A stretch of DNA of 64,000 nt from a bacterium (GCA_963675755.2 CAXXMD010000002.1:1216001-1280000), one strand, 5' to 3'. Numbered from the stretch's first letter, positions 39,057 to 49,158 are shown. Numbers and translations are program-made. The notes: generated by a model from the letters alone, not told the origin.

Positions 39057-42000
39057 TTACTGTTTAACCCATTTAATTGCGTCTGCCAGAACCACCCTGC
39101 CTCCGGTTTTATCAGACAATTCGACAACAGCCTTTCCGGATGACAGATAATAATTTCCCAACAGTACCCAACCATCTTCAGCGGATTCAAGAGATACGGG
39201 TACTTGTTCATTACCATCATCATGGTAGACAATATAATTAAATTCTTTCAATCCATCACTATCTCCGCCGCCACCAGGACCTCCGGGAGGTCCACCGGGT
39301 CCTCGTCTTCTACGAAACATATTGAGCGACGATGTATTTATATAGGTGTAAATATTATACTGTCCGTTTGTAGGTATGTCTGCAGTCCAGGAAACTTTGT
39401 TGGTTCCATTTCCTTTTTTCACTGCATATGCTGAATGTATATTTTTACCCCAGAATTCATCATTAACTGTTTTTTTCCACTGTGTGGGTATTCTCCAGGG
39501 ATTTAAACCGATATATTCTTCATCTTCAACTTCTTTTATACCCAGAAAGCGTTTTAACATACTGGCTTCCTGTACCTGCTCTACCTTGAATCCATTATCT
39601 TCATTATCCACAACGATTTCACCAGGAATGATTGCAGCTTTATATTCTGCAGGGCGAATTAAATCCAAAGGAACGGCTCGCTCATTAAGGTCCATTTTTT
39701 CAAAACGCTCACTGATTTCATTAGGAAGGTTCATAGATGTCAACGTATTAATTGTCATACCACGGGGTTCAGTATCCAGAACAATTCCTACATGATATGC
39801 ATTTTTACTATCCAGTTTATATAACCGGGGTGGTTCTTCATCTTCATTTCCGCCGCCACCAAATCCCCGGAAACCACCTCTTCCTCCCATTCGAAAGGAT
39901 ACCGAAATTACACCATCAACATCAGAATCATTCTGTATATCAAATCTGAGCTGGTAACGGGTACGATTATTATCCAAAACTTTATAGGATTGCATGTTGG
40001 ATACATAAAATGCAGGTAATTCAGTCTGGTTATACCAGTTTTCTACAAACGACTTGAATTCAGATTGAAAATCTCCGGGTAAGGTTTTAACAAAAGATTC
40101 GAATCCGGCAGTATGGAACCGATTTTCTGCTAAATATTGTTTTAGTAATTCATCAAACGTATCAATACCAACCTGTGATTTGATCAATGAAAATAACGCT
40201 TCACTTTTCACTTTTAACACATCATTCCACATTTCAGATTCTTCTGAATTGCTCAAAACATTTGCAAGGCTGTTCTCTTCAAGAAGAAGGTTGGCTTTTT
40301 CTTCTTCAACCAGCCCCTCCATCCTTCGAAAGAAACTTGGCCTGTTGTCTTGCATCTTTGTTAACATAAATGCTTCAAATGCTTTATCCAATACTGGCCA
40401 ATCAGTGGATTTTACTGTATTGATAAATGTGTAAAAGTTGGGAAAAAGATTACCATCGGGCTGTTCTGCATCATCATTACCCCGAAAAGGACGGCCAAAC
40501 TGTTGTCCTTTGAATACATTGGTCACAAACATGTTGAACATTTGTGATTGACTTTCACCAGGACTTACACTACGATTACTGCGCTGGCTGAAACGTTCCT
40601 GCCTGCGAACAGATTGGTTAAAATCAGCAGATTCATATTTTACTGCATTTTCTGTTAGAAAAACCTGTGCCGGTTGAACAACTTCCTGGTGGAATTGCAG
40701 CGGTTTTTCAAATGCTAGAAAATGTACCGGGACTTCAATGACTGACAATCGTTTATATGGATAATCGGTATTGAACTGGATCTCCAGATCATTCATATTA
40801 TCACGAATCAAAGCCTCAAGTGTGTCAGCAATGTCTGTAAAGAAAGGTTTATAATAATTGTGGTTTTTATTTGTATAAAGCTCATACTCAACACTATCAA
40901 CATTAATGCTGGCTCTCTGATATTCACCAATGACAAGCGAAATTTGCGGAAGTGGAATTTCGGGTATAAAATGATATTCACCTTCACCTGCTTTTTCAGT
41001 CTGTCCTTGAGAAATCACAGTCAAATCGGGACGGGTTTTTACAGTCATTTCAAAATCAACAAAATCCTGATTTTGTTGATAACCAAATCCATTTGTACCC
41101 AATGCACCAGCTACAGGATACCAGAGATTTTCACGGGTAAGCAAAACATAATCGGGTTTTACAAAACTGTGCTTTTTGCCCAATTTGTACATTGCCAGAC
41201 TGTTTAGCAATTGTTCCTGTTCGACAGATAAATCGGGATAACATGCAAAATCCAAAGGAGAACCAGAATAATCGACGGTTAACGCTTTGGTTTCTCCCGC
41301 TGCAATACCTTTTGAATCGGTAATAAACAGTAAATGCTGATTCTGCTTAAATTCAAGAGAGGTATTATCCACAGAAACAGATTTCACAGTAAATCCGGGG
41401 TTCAAGCTAAATAGATATTCAGAGATATTTTTTTCTGTATTATTTTGAATATTCATTACAGCAGTTGTCTGAATACTGTTCCCCTGATGTACAACATTTA
41501 AATTGCAGTCTTTGATAGATACAATGGAATGGTTTTTATATTGTTCATTCAGTTTTAAAATTTGCGCGCGAACATTTTTATGTTGAAAATATTGAGAAAC
41601 ATAGCTCACAGAAAAAAATGATGCCAATGCAATAAATATAACAAAAAACACCATAGACAAACGGTTCATAAACTTTGACTGGGGTAACCGTTTCATAAAC
41701 GTAACGGTTAAAAATATAAATCCGAGCCCAAAGAAAAGATAAATTGAGCGTTGTAATATGATCTGATGCAGATCACTAAAACCTACAAAGTCAGAAAAAG
41801 CTAGCGGCAGGTAAAACGCAACAAAGTCAAAAATATAATTTACCTTGTTGCCCAGATAAAAAATAGTCAAAGCAACCAGACCAATCATAATCACCCAGGT
41901 AACCGGAGGATTTCTGAAAATTGACATAAAAATAAAAGCGATTCCAATGGCAAATATCATTGTGGGTAAGCTGATTATCAAAAAATAAACCAAAAAGTTT

Positions 42001-42446
42001 AATGGCTGAAAAGGAACATCAGCGAAAATACCATTGACAATTGCTCCCATAAACAATACGAGTAAATTTAGAGTAATAAAAACCGAAATCACCCCAATTG
42101 TTTTACCAATGACATATTCTGCATTGGAAATAGAGCGCATATAGATCACTTCAACCGTGCTTGCCTTGGTATCTCTTTTTAAAAAGTCAGAAGCAAGAAA
42201 AACACAGAGAATTGCCTGTACTGTATTTAACATCATTAAATTAAAATAAGGTACAGATGAAGGTATTCCTCGCAGCAACCAGGGGACATATTCAGTCACA
42301 CCGGTAAAAAACATAATATTTAAGAATGTTAAAACTCCAACAACAACCAATCCAAAAATCCGAAAGAACCAGCTGCGAAACAACAACTTCATTTCATAAC
42401 GCGCTACTACCCAGAGATTATATAAAGAGAACATAATTTGCCTCAA
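39057..42446 (-). CDS. large ABC-2 permease fusion: N-terminal TM domain + M1-aminopeptidase-like periplasmic region + C-terminal Golvesin/xanthan-lyase CBD-like domain
   Basis: VARYEMKLLFRSW...EYVIGK and about 7 TM segments; FSLNPG, LWYP, ISQG, YPYKRLSVIEVP; VVDNEDNGF...GWVLLGNYY...VLADAIKWVK; no HExxH. Confidence 0.75.
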   Translation of the reverse strand: MRQIMFSLYNLWVVARYEMKLLFRSWFFRIFGLVVVGVLTFLNIMFFTGVTEYVPWLLRGIPSSVPYFNLMMLNTVQAILCVFLASDFLKRDTKASTVEVIYMRSISNAEYVIGKTIGVISVFITLNLLVLFMGAIVNGIFADVPFQPLNFLVYFLIISLPTMIFAIGIAFIFMSIFRNPPVTWVIMIGLVALTIFYLGNKVNYIFDFVAFYLPLAFSDFVGFSDLHQIILQRSIYLFFGLGFIFLTVTFMKRLPQSKFMNRLSMVFFVIFIALASFFSVSYVSQYFQHKNVRAQILKLNEQYKNHSIVSIKDCNLNVVHQGNSIQTTAVMNIQNNTEKNISEYLFSLNPGFTVKSVSVDNTSLEFKQNQHLLFITDSKGIAAGETKALTVDYSGSPLDFACYPDLSVEQEQLLNSLAMYKLGKKHSFVKPDYVLLTRENLWYPVAGALGTNGFGYQQNQDFVDFEMTVKTRPDLTVISQGQTEKAGEGEYHFIPEIPLPQISLVIGEYQRASINVDSVEYELYTNKNHNYYKPFFTDIADTLEALIRDNMNDLEIQFNTDYPYKRLSVIEVPVHFLAFEKPLQFHQEVVQPAQVFLTENAVKYESADFNQSVRRQERFSQRSNRSVSPGESQSQMFNMFVTNVFKGQQFGRPFRGNDDAEQPDGNLFPNFYTFINTVKSTDWPVLDKAFEAFMLTKMQDNRPSFFRRMEGLVEEEKANLLLEENSLANVLSNSEESEMWNDVLKVKSEALFSLIKSQVGIDTFDELLKQYLAENRFHTAGFESFVKTLPGDFQSEFKSFVENWYNQTELPAFYVSNMQSYKVLDNNRTRYQLRFDIQNDSDVDGVISVSFRMGGRGGFRGFGGGGNEDEEPPRLYKLDSKNAYHVGIVLDTEPRGMTINTLTSMNLPNEISERFEKMDLNERAVPLDLIRPAEYKAAIIPGEIVVDNEDNGFKVEQVQEASMLKRFLGIKEVEDEEYIGLNPWRIPTQWKKTVNDEFWGKNIHSAYAVKKGNGTNKVSWTADIPTNGQYNIYTYINTSSLNMFRRRRGPGGPPGGPGGGGDSDGLKEFNYIVYHDDGNEQVPVSLESAEDGWVLLGNYYLSSGKAVVELSDKTGGRVVLADAIKWVKQ

Positions 42447-42448
42447 AA

Positions 42449-43348
42449 TTAAAAAATAATGTGTTCTTTATCTTTAACACCAAACTCCATACGGTAAACA
42501 TATGCATGTTCAAGATTCGGTTCGATGGGCTTTCCGGGGAAATCGTTCAACTCTTCACCTACGATCTGAACTTCCCAGCCATTGTCTGATGGTATTGTTG
42601 AAATAACCGGATACTTTTCTTTGATCCCTTCAAGCTCCTGGTCCAAAGCTTCAATAGCCCATACATGACCGCGGCATTCCTCGATTAACAGCTCGGGTGA
42701 ATCATTAAAGATGACTTGTCCCTTGTTCAACAGAGCCATATCCGTACAGGTACTGGAAATATCGCCTACAATATGAGTAGAGAGAATAATAATTACATCC
42801 TGTGTACTTAGCTCGGAAAGTAAATTTCGAAAACGAATGCGTTCCTCAGGATCAAGACCTGTTGTAGGTTCATCAACAATGATAATTTTAGGTGTGCCAA
42901 TCAAAGCCTGAGCAATACCCAACCGACGTTTCATACCACCAGAGAGTTTGGTTGCCTGTCTGTCACGTACCTGAAATAACCCAACACGTTCCAGCATTTC
43001 ATCGACGGCGCTCATGCGTTCGGTTTTCTTTTTTAAACCGGCAAGGCAGCCTACATAATCAAGAAATTCCCAGGTCCTTAAACGTGATACCACCTGAAAA
43101 TCCTGTGGAAGGTAGCCCAGAACCGCACGGATTTCTTTTCGGTTCTTTTGCAGGTCCCAGTCATTCACCTTGACGACACCCTTACTGGGCTTTAACAAGG
43201 TCACCAAAATACGCATAAGAGATGTTTTACCTGCCCCATTGGGGCCCAATAAACCAAACATCCCGTTATCAATTTCAAGGTTAACATTGCTTAAAGCCTG
43301 ATGTCCATTTTTGTAGATTTGAGCAAGATTTTGGATAGAAATGTGCAT
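42449..43348 (-). CDS. ABC transporter ATP-binding protein
   Basis: GPNGAGKTS, GYLPQ, LSGGMKRR, IIVDEPTTGLD, LSTH. Confidence 0.95.
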   Translation of the reverse strand: MHISIQNLAQIYKNGHQALSNVNLEIDNGMFGLLGPNGAGKTSLMRILVTLLKPSKGVVKVNDWDLQKNRKEIRAVLGYLPQDFQVVSRLRTWEFLDYVGCLAGLKKKTERMSAVDEMLERVGLFQVRDRQATKLSGGMKRRLGIAQALIGTPKIIIVDEPTTGLDPEERIRFRNLLSELSTQDVIIILSTHIVGDISSTCTDMALLNKGQVIFNDSPELLIEECRGHVWAIEALDQELEGIKEKYPVISTIPSDNGWEVQIVGEELNDFPGKPIEPNLEHAYVYRMEFGVKDKEHIIF

Positions 43349-43447
43349 AATCAAGTCTTTATATTAGAGATGATATAAAATTACCTGAAAGTTGGAATCC
43401 CAAATGGATTTCTGTAAATAATAACGGTTAGTTGAAATAAAAGTTCT

Positions 43448-43484
43448 AAAAAAAATAAAAAAAATCCCGCTCGAAAGCGGGATT
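43448..43484 (-). terminator. intrinsic terminator after the LOG gene
   Basis: Minus strand aatcccgct-TTCG-agcgggatt followed by a long T tract. Confidence 0.85.
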
Positions 43485-43492
43485 AAAAATTT

Positions 43493-44374
43493 TTACCAAT
43501 GCCAGTATTTTCGTTTGCCAACAAATTCTTTTTCAAAATGTTTTCTCAGTGTGATAAAAGCATCTTCAACATCGTCAACAAAAGTGAAAAGATTCAGATC
43601 TTCAGCATTGATGACTCCCCAGTCAACAAGTTTGTCAAAATTTATAATACTTTTCCAGTAATCAGTACCATAAACAATAACACTCAGAGGCTTTTTAACT
43701 TTTTCGGTTTGTCTTAATGTCAGCAATTCAAAAAGCTCATCAAATGTACCAAATCCACCCGGAAAAACCACCAGCGCTTTGGCTGTATATACAAACCAGA
43801 ACTTGCGCATGAAAAAGTAATGAAAATCAAAAGACAAATGTGGTGTAATATATGGATTCGGATCCTGCTCCATTGGCAAGCTGATATTAAAGCCAACAGT
43901 TTTGCCACCTGCTTCAGCAGCGCCACGGTTTGCAGCTTCCATAATTCCCGGGCCACCACCAGAGCAAACCATGAATCGCTGTTTCTCATCGAGATCCAAT
44001 GACCATTTTGTCAATTGATATGCAAGCTGTCTGGCGTCTTCATAATAGCGGGACATTTCAAGGCCTTGCTTGGCGGTAAACAGTTTTTTTTCAATTTCTG
44101 CTTTATCCCCGTTACCATTGCCCGCTGCAATCTCGGCTTCTATCGTTTTGAGATTTTTATCAGCATCTGCATGTGAAGGGATTCTTGCTGAACCATAAAA
44201 TACAACGGTATCTTTGATGTCATAATGGCGCAGACGGCTCGCCGGTTCAAGATATTCCGCAAGAATGCGGATAGTTCTGGCATCCGCACTGTTTAAAAAT
44301 TTTGAATTTTTATACGCTTTGGTATATTCAAAAGCTTCATCATCATGCATTGCAGAGTGATCAGTTTTATCCAT
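43493..44374 (-). CDS. LOG family nucleotide phosphoribohydrolase (TIGR00730-like)
   Basis: VFYGSAR, SGGGPGIMEAANRGA, FHYFFMRK, FPGGFGTFDELFE. Confidence 0.93.
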   Translation of the reverse strand: MDKTDHSAMHDDEAFEYTKAYKNSKFLNSADARTIRILAEYLEPASRLRHYDIKDTVVFYGSARIPSHADADKNLKTIEAEIAAGNGNGDKAEIEKKLFTAKQGLEMSRYYEDARQLAYQLTKWSLDLDEKQRFMVCSGGGPGIMEAANRGAAEAGGKTVGFNISLPMEQDPNPYITPHLSFDFHYFFMRKFWFVYTAKALVVFPGGFGTFDELFELLTLRQTEKVKKPLSVIVYGTDYWKSIINFDKLVDWGVINAEDLNLFTFVDDVEDAFITLRKHFEKEFVGKRKYWHW

Positions 44375-44393
44375 AAAAAAACCTTTCTTTCGG

Positions 44394-45155
44394 TTAAAAA
44401 TTCCTCATCAACCAGATCAATGTCTGGCGTATTGCTTGCCTGCGATGATTAGAGGTTTGAAATGTATGTCCTGCTTCGGGTATTTCCATAAAATCTGCAG
44501 GAGGAACAACAATATCTCTGAATTTATGAAATCCCTCAACAAATACGGGATTATCAGCGGTACCCTGTAATATAAATTTGGGTATTGCTATCTCTTTTAA
44601 CGAGTCTCTCACATCATACGTTAGTGCGTCAAGCATAAAATCTTTATGAATTCTCCACCCATTGTAATCAATTACTGTAATATCATTTTCAACAGCTTTC
44701 TGAAATTCAGATGTTTTGTCTTTAAAAATCTCCTGCATATCTGGTACCGATGACCATAATACGAGTGCTTGAATATCCAGATCTTTGGCAGTAAGAATAG
44801 CGGTAGCCGCTCCCATGCTGATTCCTAATACAGCTATTTGAGAATATCCTTTTTGCTGAATAAAAGCAAAAGCATCACGCAGGTTTTGAATATTGATAGA
44901 CACACGGGTTTCTTCAAAATCACCATCACTGTCTCCCGAACCATAAAAGTCAAAACGCAAAACATCACAATGCTGCTCTGCATATATTCTTGCAGCTTCT
45001 ACATATAATCTTTTATTTTCAATTTTACTTCCGGTAAAGCCATGACACATGATCAACGCCTTTTCATGACCGGCGGTATGCATTATACCAACTAGCTGAC
45101 TGTTGTCACTGATGAATGTTACAGGCGTTTCTGTTGTTTTTTTCTTTTTAGCCAT
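44394..45155 (-). CDS. alpha/beta fold hydrolase
   Basis: CHGFTG, RFDFYGSGDSDG, GISMG nucleophile, QGTAD, AGH. Confidence 0.9.
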   Translation of the reverse strand: MAKKKKTTETPVTFISDNSQLVGIMHTAGHEKALIMCHGFTGSKIENKRLYVEAARIYAEQHCDVLRFDFYGSGDSDGDFEETRVSINIQNLRDAFAFIQQKGYSQIAVLGISMGAATAILTAKDLDIQALVLWSSVPDMQEIFKDKTSEFQKAVENDITVIDYNGWRIHKDFMLDALTYDVRDSLKEIAIPKFILQGTADNPVFVEGFHKFRDIVVPPADFMEIPEAGHTFQTSNHRRQAIRQTLIWLMRNF

Positions 45156-45170
45156 AAATATACAATCCGA

Positions 45171-46427
45171 TTACTTGAATTTTTCCGCAACAACCTGACT
45201 GATATGCTTGACCTGTACCGGCATTTTATTTTTTCTGGTACCAAATGCCAACTGCATTACACATGCAGGACAGGCTGTTACAAGCACATCTGCTTCTGTT
45301 GTCTTGACATTATCCATTTTTATATCAAGTATTTCAAAAGACATTTCAGGATGCGCAATATTATAAGATCCCGCTCCACCGCAACACATGTCTGCTTTAT
45401 CCATTTCAACGTAATCAACATGAGATAGATTTTGCAATATATCACGAGGCGCTTTTCTTTCTTTTAAATGATGCGCCAAATGACAAGGATCGTGATAGGT
45501 CATTTTGGTCATTCTCCCATTTGTGGGAAATTCAACATCATTAATATTTTCATTTATCCAGTTGGTCATATCTTTAAACTTGGCAGCAACTATTTCTGCT
45601 CTTTTTTTCAAATCAGAATTTTCAGTAATTTCAGCGTAACTTTTAATAAATGACGAACAGCTACCGCAATCGCTAATAATTACATCGGCATCTGTTTTCT
45701 CAAGGATTTCAATATTCTTTTCAGCAAACCATTGAACCGAGTCGAGATCTCCGTATGCATATGCAGGCAAACCACAGCAGACATTATCCAAAATCTCTAC
45801 ATCATAACCAAAATTTTGCATTACTTTGATACTTGCTTCACCAATATCTGGTTGTGCGTAATTAATACCACAACCACTAAAGTAAGCGATCTTGCCTTTA
45901 GCATTGGGAACTGTTATATTTTTTTCTCCCATGCGTTCACGAAGATTTTTAAAAGGAATCTTTTCCAACAATTGTTCAGCATTGGCAAGGTTTCGTCCAA
46001 ACCATCCTAATACTCTAAATACCTGAACAATTCTAGACAGGCCGCTGTTTTTACCAACGGATACAAGTTTCAGCAAATTAGCCAACTCTTTGGGATGGCG
46101 TAATAAATGTTTAAATATATACTTTTGTAAAGCCGGTTGGCCATATTTTTTTATATATTCATGTCTTGCATGCGCAATTACATGATCAGTCTTGACTGAT
46201 GGAAAACAATTGCTGTAACAGGCGTTACACATTAAACATTCGAATATCATCTCTTTGGTATCACGGGTTAATTCGATCTTGTTCTCAATGATACCGCGAA
46301 CCAATTGGTGCCTGCCCCGTGCTACCTGATGTTCTTTACCTGATACAACAAATGTAGGACAAGTGGGTTGACAAAATCCACATTTACTGCATGATATTAC
46401 ATCATTATATACATTCTCTATCGACAC
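45171..46427 (-). CDS. glcF: glycolate/D-lactate oxidase Fe-S subunit
   Basis: CSKCGFCQPTCPT, CLMCNACYSNC, two CCG domains, TYHDPCHL, ACPAC. Confidence 0.88.
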   Translation of the reverse strand: MSIENVYNDVISCSKCGFCQPTCPTFVVSGKEHQVARGRHQLVRGIIENKIELTRDTKEMIFECLMCNACYSNCFPSVKTDHVIAHARHEYIKKYGQPALQKYIFKHLLRHPKELANLLKLVSVGKNSGLSRIVQVFRVLGWFGRNLANAEQLLEKIPFKNLRERMGEKNITVPNAKGKIAYFSGCGINYAQPDIGEASIKVMQNFGYDVEILDNVCCGLPAYAYGDLDSVQWFAEKNIEILEKTDADVIISDCGSCSSFIKSYAEITENSDLKKRAEIVAAKFKDMTNWINENINDVEFPTNGRMTKMTYHDPCHLAHHLKERKAPRDILQNLSHVDYVEMDKADMCCGGAGSYNIAHPEMSFEILDIKMDNVKTTEADVLVTACPACVMQLAFGTRKNKMPVQVKHISQVVAEKFK

Positions 46428-46442
46428 GTTAACTACCTCTTG

Positions 46443-47696
46443 CTATATTCCATCAATAAACCGTCCACCAACAAACACACCTTGTGGATCAAATTCCTGT
46501 TTCAGCTTTCTGTGCCAAATGGTCTGATCAGGTTTGACATCCCAGGCATCACATGGTTTCTCTGCAAAATCGGGTCCATTAAAACATAAAAACTTACCTT
46601 CAAGATTATGCGCATGATTACGTAATTCTTGCAGAGTTTCTAATGTAAAACTATTTTTATCAATCCGGGCCAAAACAATACCTTTTCCCGGATAGCTTTC
46701 AATCTGCTGTGCAGAAAAACCAGCATCATTATGTAATTGCTCCAAAACATCGGCAACTTTAGAAACAGGTACAATCGATTTTAAAAGTGCTTCTTTTTCA
46801 ATATCCAATTTTGTTGGTTGAATAGATTGCAGATATTCATCCCATGATAAAACTTTTAGCTTTTCTGTACTGAACATGGCTTCCAGTTTTTTCTGATAAA
46901 ATGCTTTTTCATCAGAAATGCATCCACATTCAATAACAATAGATGCTTTACCCTCTTTTTCAACACAATTAAAAGCCAATAATGGCAAAGCACTGGTATT
47001 TACCAGTTTCTGTACTGGCAGCAAATCTTTTGGAGAGTTGATATCCATTTCAACAACCAGCACAATCTCCGGGATGGGTGACAACTTTAATGTCAATTCC
47101 GTAACAACTCCCAGAGTACCCATTGCACCTATGAATAGTTTGGCCATATCATAACCGGCAACATTTTTTACAGTCTTGCCGCCAAAACGTATCTTGCTGC
47201 CATCTGCCAATACCGCGCGACCGCCTAATACCAGATCACGAAATGTACCGTAACCTTCGATCCAACTTGAATAATGATTTGCAGAAACCAATCCGCCAAG
47301 CGTTGCATCTCCAGCATCCGGATTTATTGGCAGGAACAGTCCTTTTTCCCCGACAATTCTTTGCAGTTCATTATATGTCATTCCACTGCCAACACTGATT
47401 GTGAGATTGTCGGGTTCAAATTCAGTCACACTATTCAACAAACGTGTGGATAAAGTTATATCATATCTATCAAGCGGATTTCCAAGGATTTGATGCTGTC
47501 CATTACCCCAGATATTAACAGTAGAGCCGGAATTCCTGCATTCTGCAAGCAATTCAGCAATTTGGTCTACATTTTCCGGTTCAATAACAGCAAAAGGAGA
47601 TTTGTTTTTTACTGAAAATTTGTTACAGGTTTCCTGATCGAGGTATATGTGTTTATGTTGAAAATTTTCAATCAAAGCTCGGGTATCATCACGCAT
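46443..47696 (-). CDS. glcE: FAD-binding oxidoreductase, GlcE-like
   Basis: ATLGGLV, GGKTVKNVAGYDMAKLFIGAMGTLG, KQEFDP. Confidence 0.85.
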   Translation of the reverse strand: MRDDTRALIENFQHKHIYLDQETCNKFSVKNKSPFAVIEPENVDQIAELLAECRNSGSTVNIWGNGQHQILGNPLDRYDITLSTRLLNSVTEFEPDNLTISVGSGMTYNELQRIVGEKGLFLPINPDAGDATLGGLVSANHYSSWIEGYGTFRDLVLGGRAVLADGSKIRFGGKTVKNVAGYDMAKLFIGAMGTLGVVTELTLKLSPIPEIVLVVEMDINSPKDLLPVQKLVNTSALPLLAFNCVEKEGKASIVIECGCISDEKAFYQKKLEAMFSTEKLKVLSWDEYLQSIQPTKLDIEKEALLKSIVPVSKVADVLEQLHNDAGFSAQQIESYPGKGIVLARIDKNSFTLETLQELRNHAHNLEGKFLCFNGPDFAEKPCDAWDVKPDQTIWHRKLKQEFDPQGVFVGGRFIDGI

Positions 47697-47715
47697 TAAA
47701 TTGACCTTATTCTAT

Positions 47716-49095
47716 CTAACCTTGTACAAATATTTTTCCGGGATTACAGAGTTCTGATGGATCAAAAACCTGCTTTACCTGCTTCATGGCATTCAGATCC
47801 TGATCATTAAACAAATATTGCATTGCTTTTCGTTTTTCCATTCCAACGCCATGCTCACCCGTTATTGTTCCACCCAGATCTACACACAATTGCATAATCT
47901 TTTCGCAACCTTGCATGACTCTGGCGGTTTCCTGTTCATCGCGTTCATCATAAACAATAATGGGATGTATATTACCATCACCGGCATGTAACAACGTACC
48001 GTATTGCAGATCATATTCTTTACAAATCTTGTCAATCTCTATCAGAGCCGTTGGAAGCTGATTGCGGGGTACGGTTCCATCAAACACCACAAGCGATGGA
48101 TTCAAGCGCGTCATGGCTCCAAGTGCTCCGCGTCTGCCTGCCCACAATGCGTTTCGTTCTTCATCGTTACCAGCTAATCGGATTTCACCTGCATGATTAT
48201 CACGACATATTTGTGTTATCACATCTACCTGTTTGGCCAGATTTTGGGCGAATCCATCTACTTCAATAATCAGAATTGCTGCAGCATCTACAGGATAATC
48301 CACATTCAAAGATTTTACTACAGTCCTGATACACAAATTATCCATATATTCCAGCGTTGCGGGTATAATTCCACGGGCAATAATATCAGACACTGCCTGT
48401 GCGGCATGCTCAATATCATTAAATGAAACCAGCAGCGTTTCAAGACTTTCCGGTTTGGGTTGAATATGTAGAAACAATTTGGTTACAATACCCAATGTTC
48501 CTTCAGAACCATTCATAATACCAACCAAATCATAACCCTGAGATTCAAAGGTTTTTCCGCCAAACTGCACGGTTTCACCATTTGGTAGCACCATTTCTAA
48601 TCCCATAACATGGTTAACCGTAACACCATATTTTAAACAATGAGGACCACCGGCGTTCATGGCAACGTTTCCGGCCAAGGTAGAAACTTTTTGGCTCGCA
48701 GGATCAGGAGCAAAGAAAAATCCATGTTTGCTCAATGCATTTTGTAATTCAAGATTAAAAACTCCCGGTTCAACTACTGCTACCCGATTTTCAATATCAA
48801 TCTCGAGTATCTTGTTCAACTTGGAACACTCAATTACAATGCCACCCTTTTCTGCAATTGATCCTCCACACAAGTTTGTGGCAGATCCTCTTGCAATATA
48901 GGGTATTTTTTCAGAAACAGCGAGTTGTACAATTTGTTTTATATGTTCTGCTTTCAATGGAAAAACAACAACATCCGGTTTGCCCAGTTCTATACTTGCG
49001 TCAAATCCATAAAGAAACAGGTCCAGGTCTTTATATAAAACATTTTCTTTGCCGCAAATTGATTTTAATCTTTTTAAGACAGACTTTTCCAGCAT
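47716..49095 (-). CDS. glcD: FAD-linked oxidase, GlcD-like
   Basis: APDPASQ, NAGGPHCLKYGVT, GSEGTLG, HAGDGNIHP, GEHGVG, NPGKIF. Confidence 0.9.
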   Translation of the reverse strand: MLEKSVLKRLKSICGKENVLYKDLDLFLYGFDASIELGKPDVVVFPLKAEHIKQIVQLAVSEKIPYIARGSATNLCGGSIAEKGGIVIECSKLNKILEIDIENRVAVVEPGVFNLELQNALSKHGFFFAPDPASQKVSTLAGNVAMNAGGPHCLKYGVTVNHVMGLEMVLPNGETVQFGGKTFESQGYDLVGIMNGSEGTLGIVTKLFLHIQPKPESLETLLVSFNDIEHAAQAVSDIIARGIIPATLEYMDNLCIRTVVKSLNVDYPVDAAAILIIEVDGFAQNLAKQVDVITQICRDNHAGEIRLAGNDEERNALWAGRRGALGAMTRLNPSLVVFDGTVPRNQLPTALIEIDKICKEYDLQYGTLLHAGDGNIHPIIVYDERDEQETARVMQGCEKIMQLCVDLGGTITGEHGVGMEKRKAMQYLFNDQDLNAMKQVKQVFDPSELCNPGKIFVQG

Positions 49096-49122
49096 TACGT
49101 TCTTTCTTTTATAATTGATTTA

Positions 49123-49153
49123 CAAATATAACAAGCATGTGACAGGAAAACAA
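49123..49153 (-). promoter_or_regulatory. putative promoter of glcDEF
   Basis: Minus strand TTGTTT-N17-TATATTTG. Confidence 0.45.
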
Positions 49154-49158
49154 GCGCT

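Noticed and set aside
37575-43450. Fluoride riboswitch for crcB
   Set aside because: Only 12 nt precede crcB, and no GGCGATGG-like aptamer core is visible upstream of the operon.
43493-44374. LOG gene as a lysine decarboxylase linked to the lysine operon
   Set aside because: That label is a known mis-annotation of LOG-family nucleotide phosphoribohydrolases; no PLP motif.
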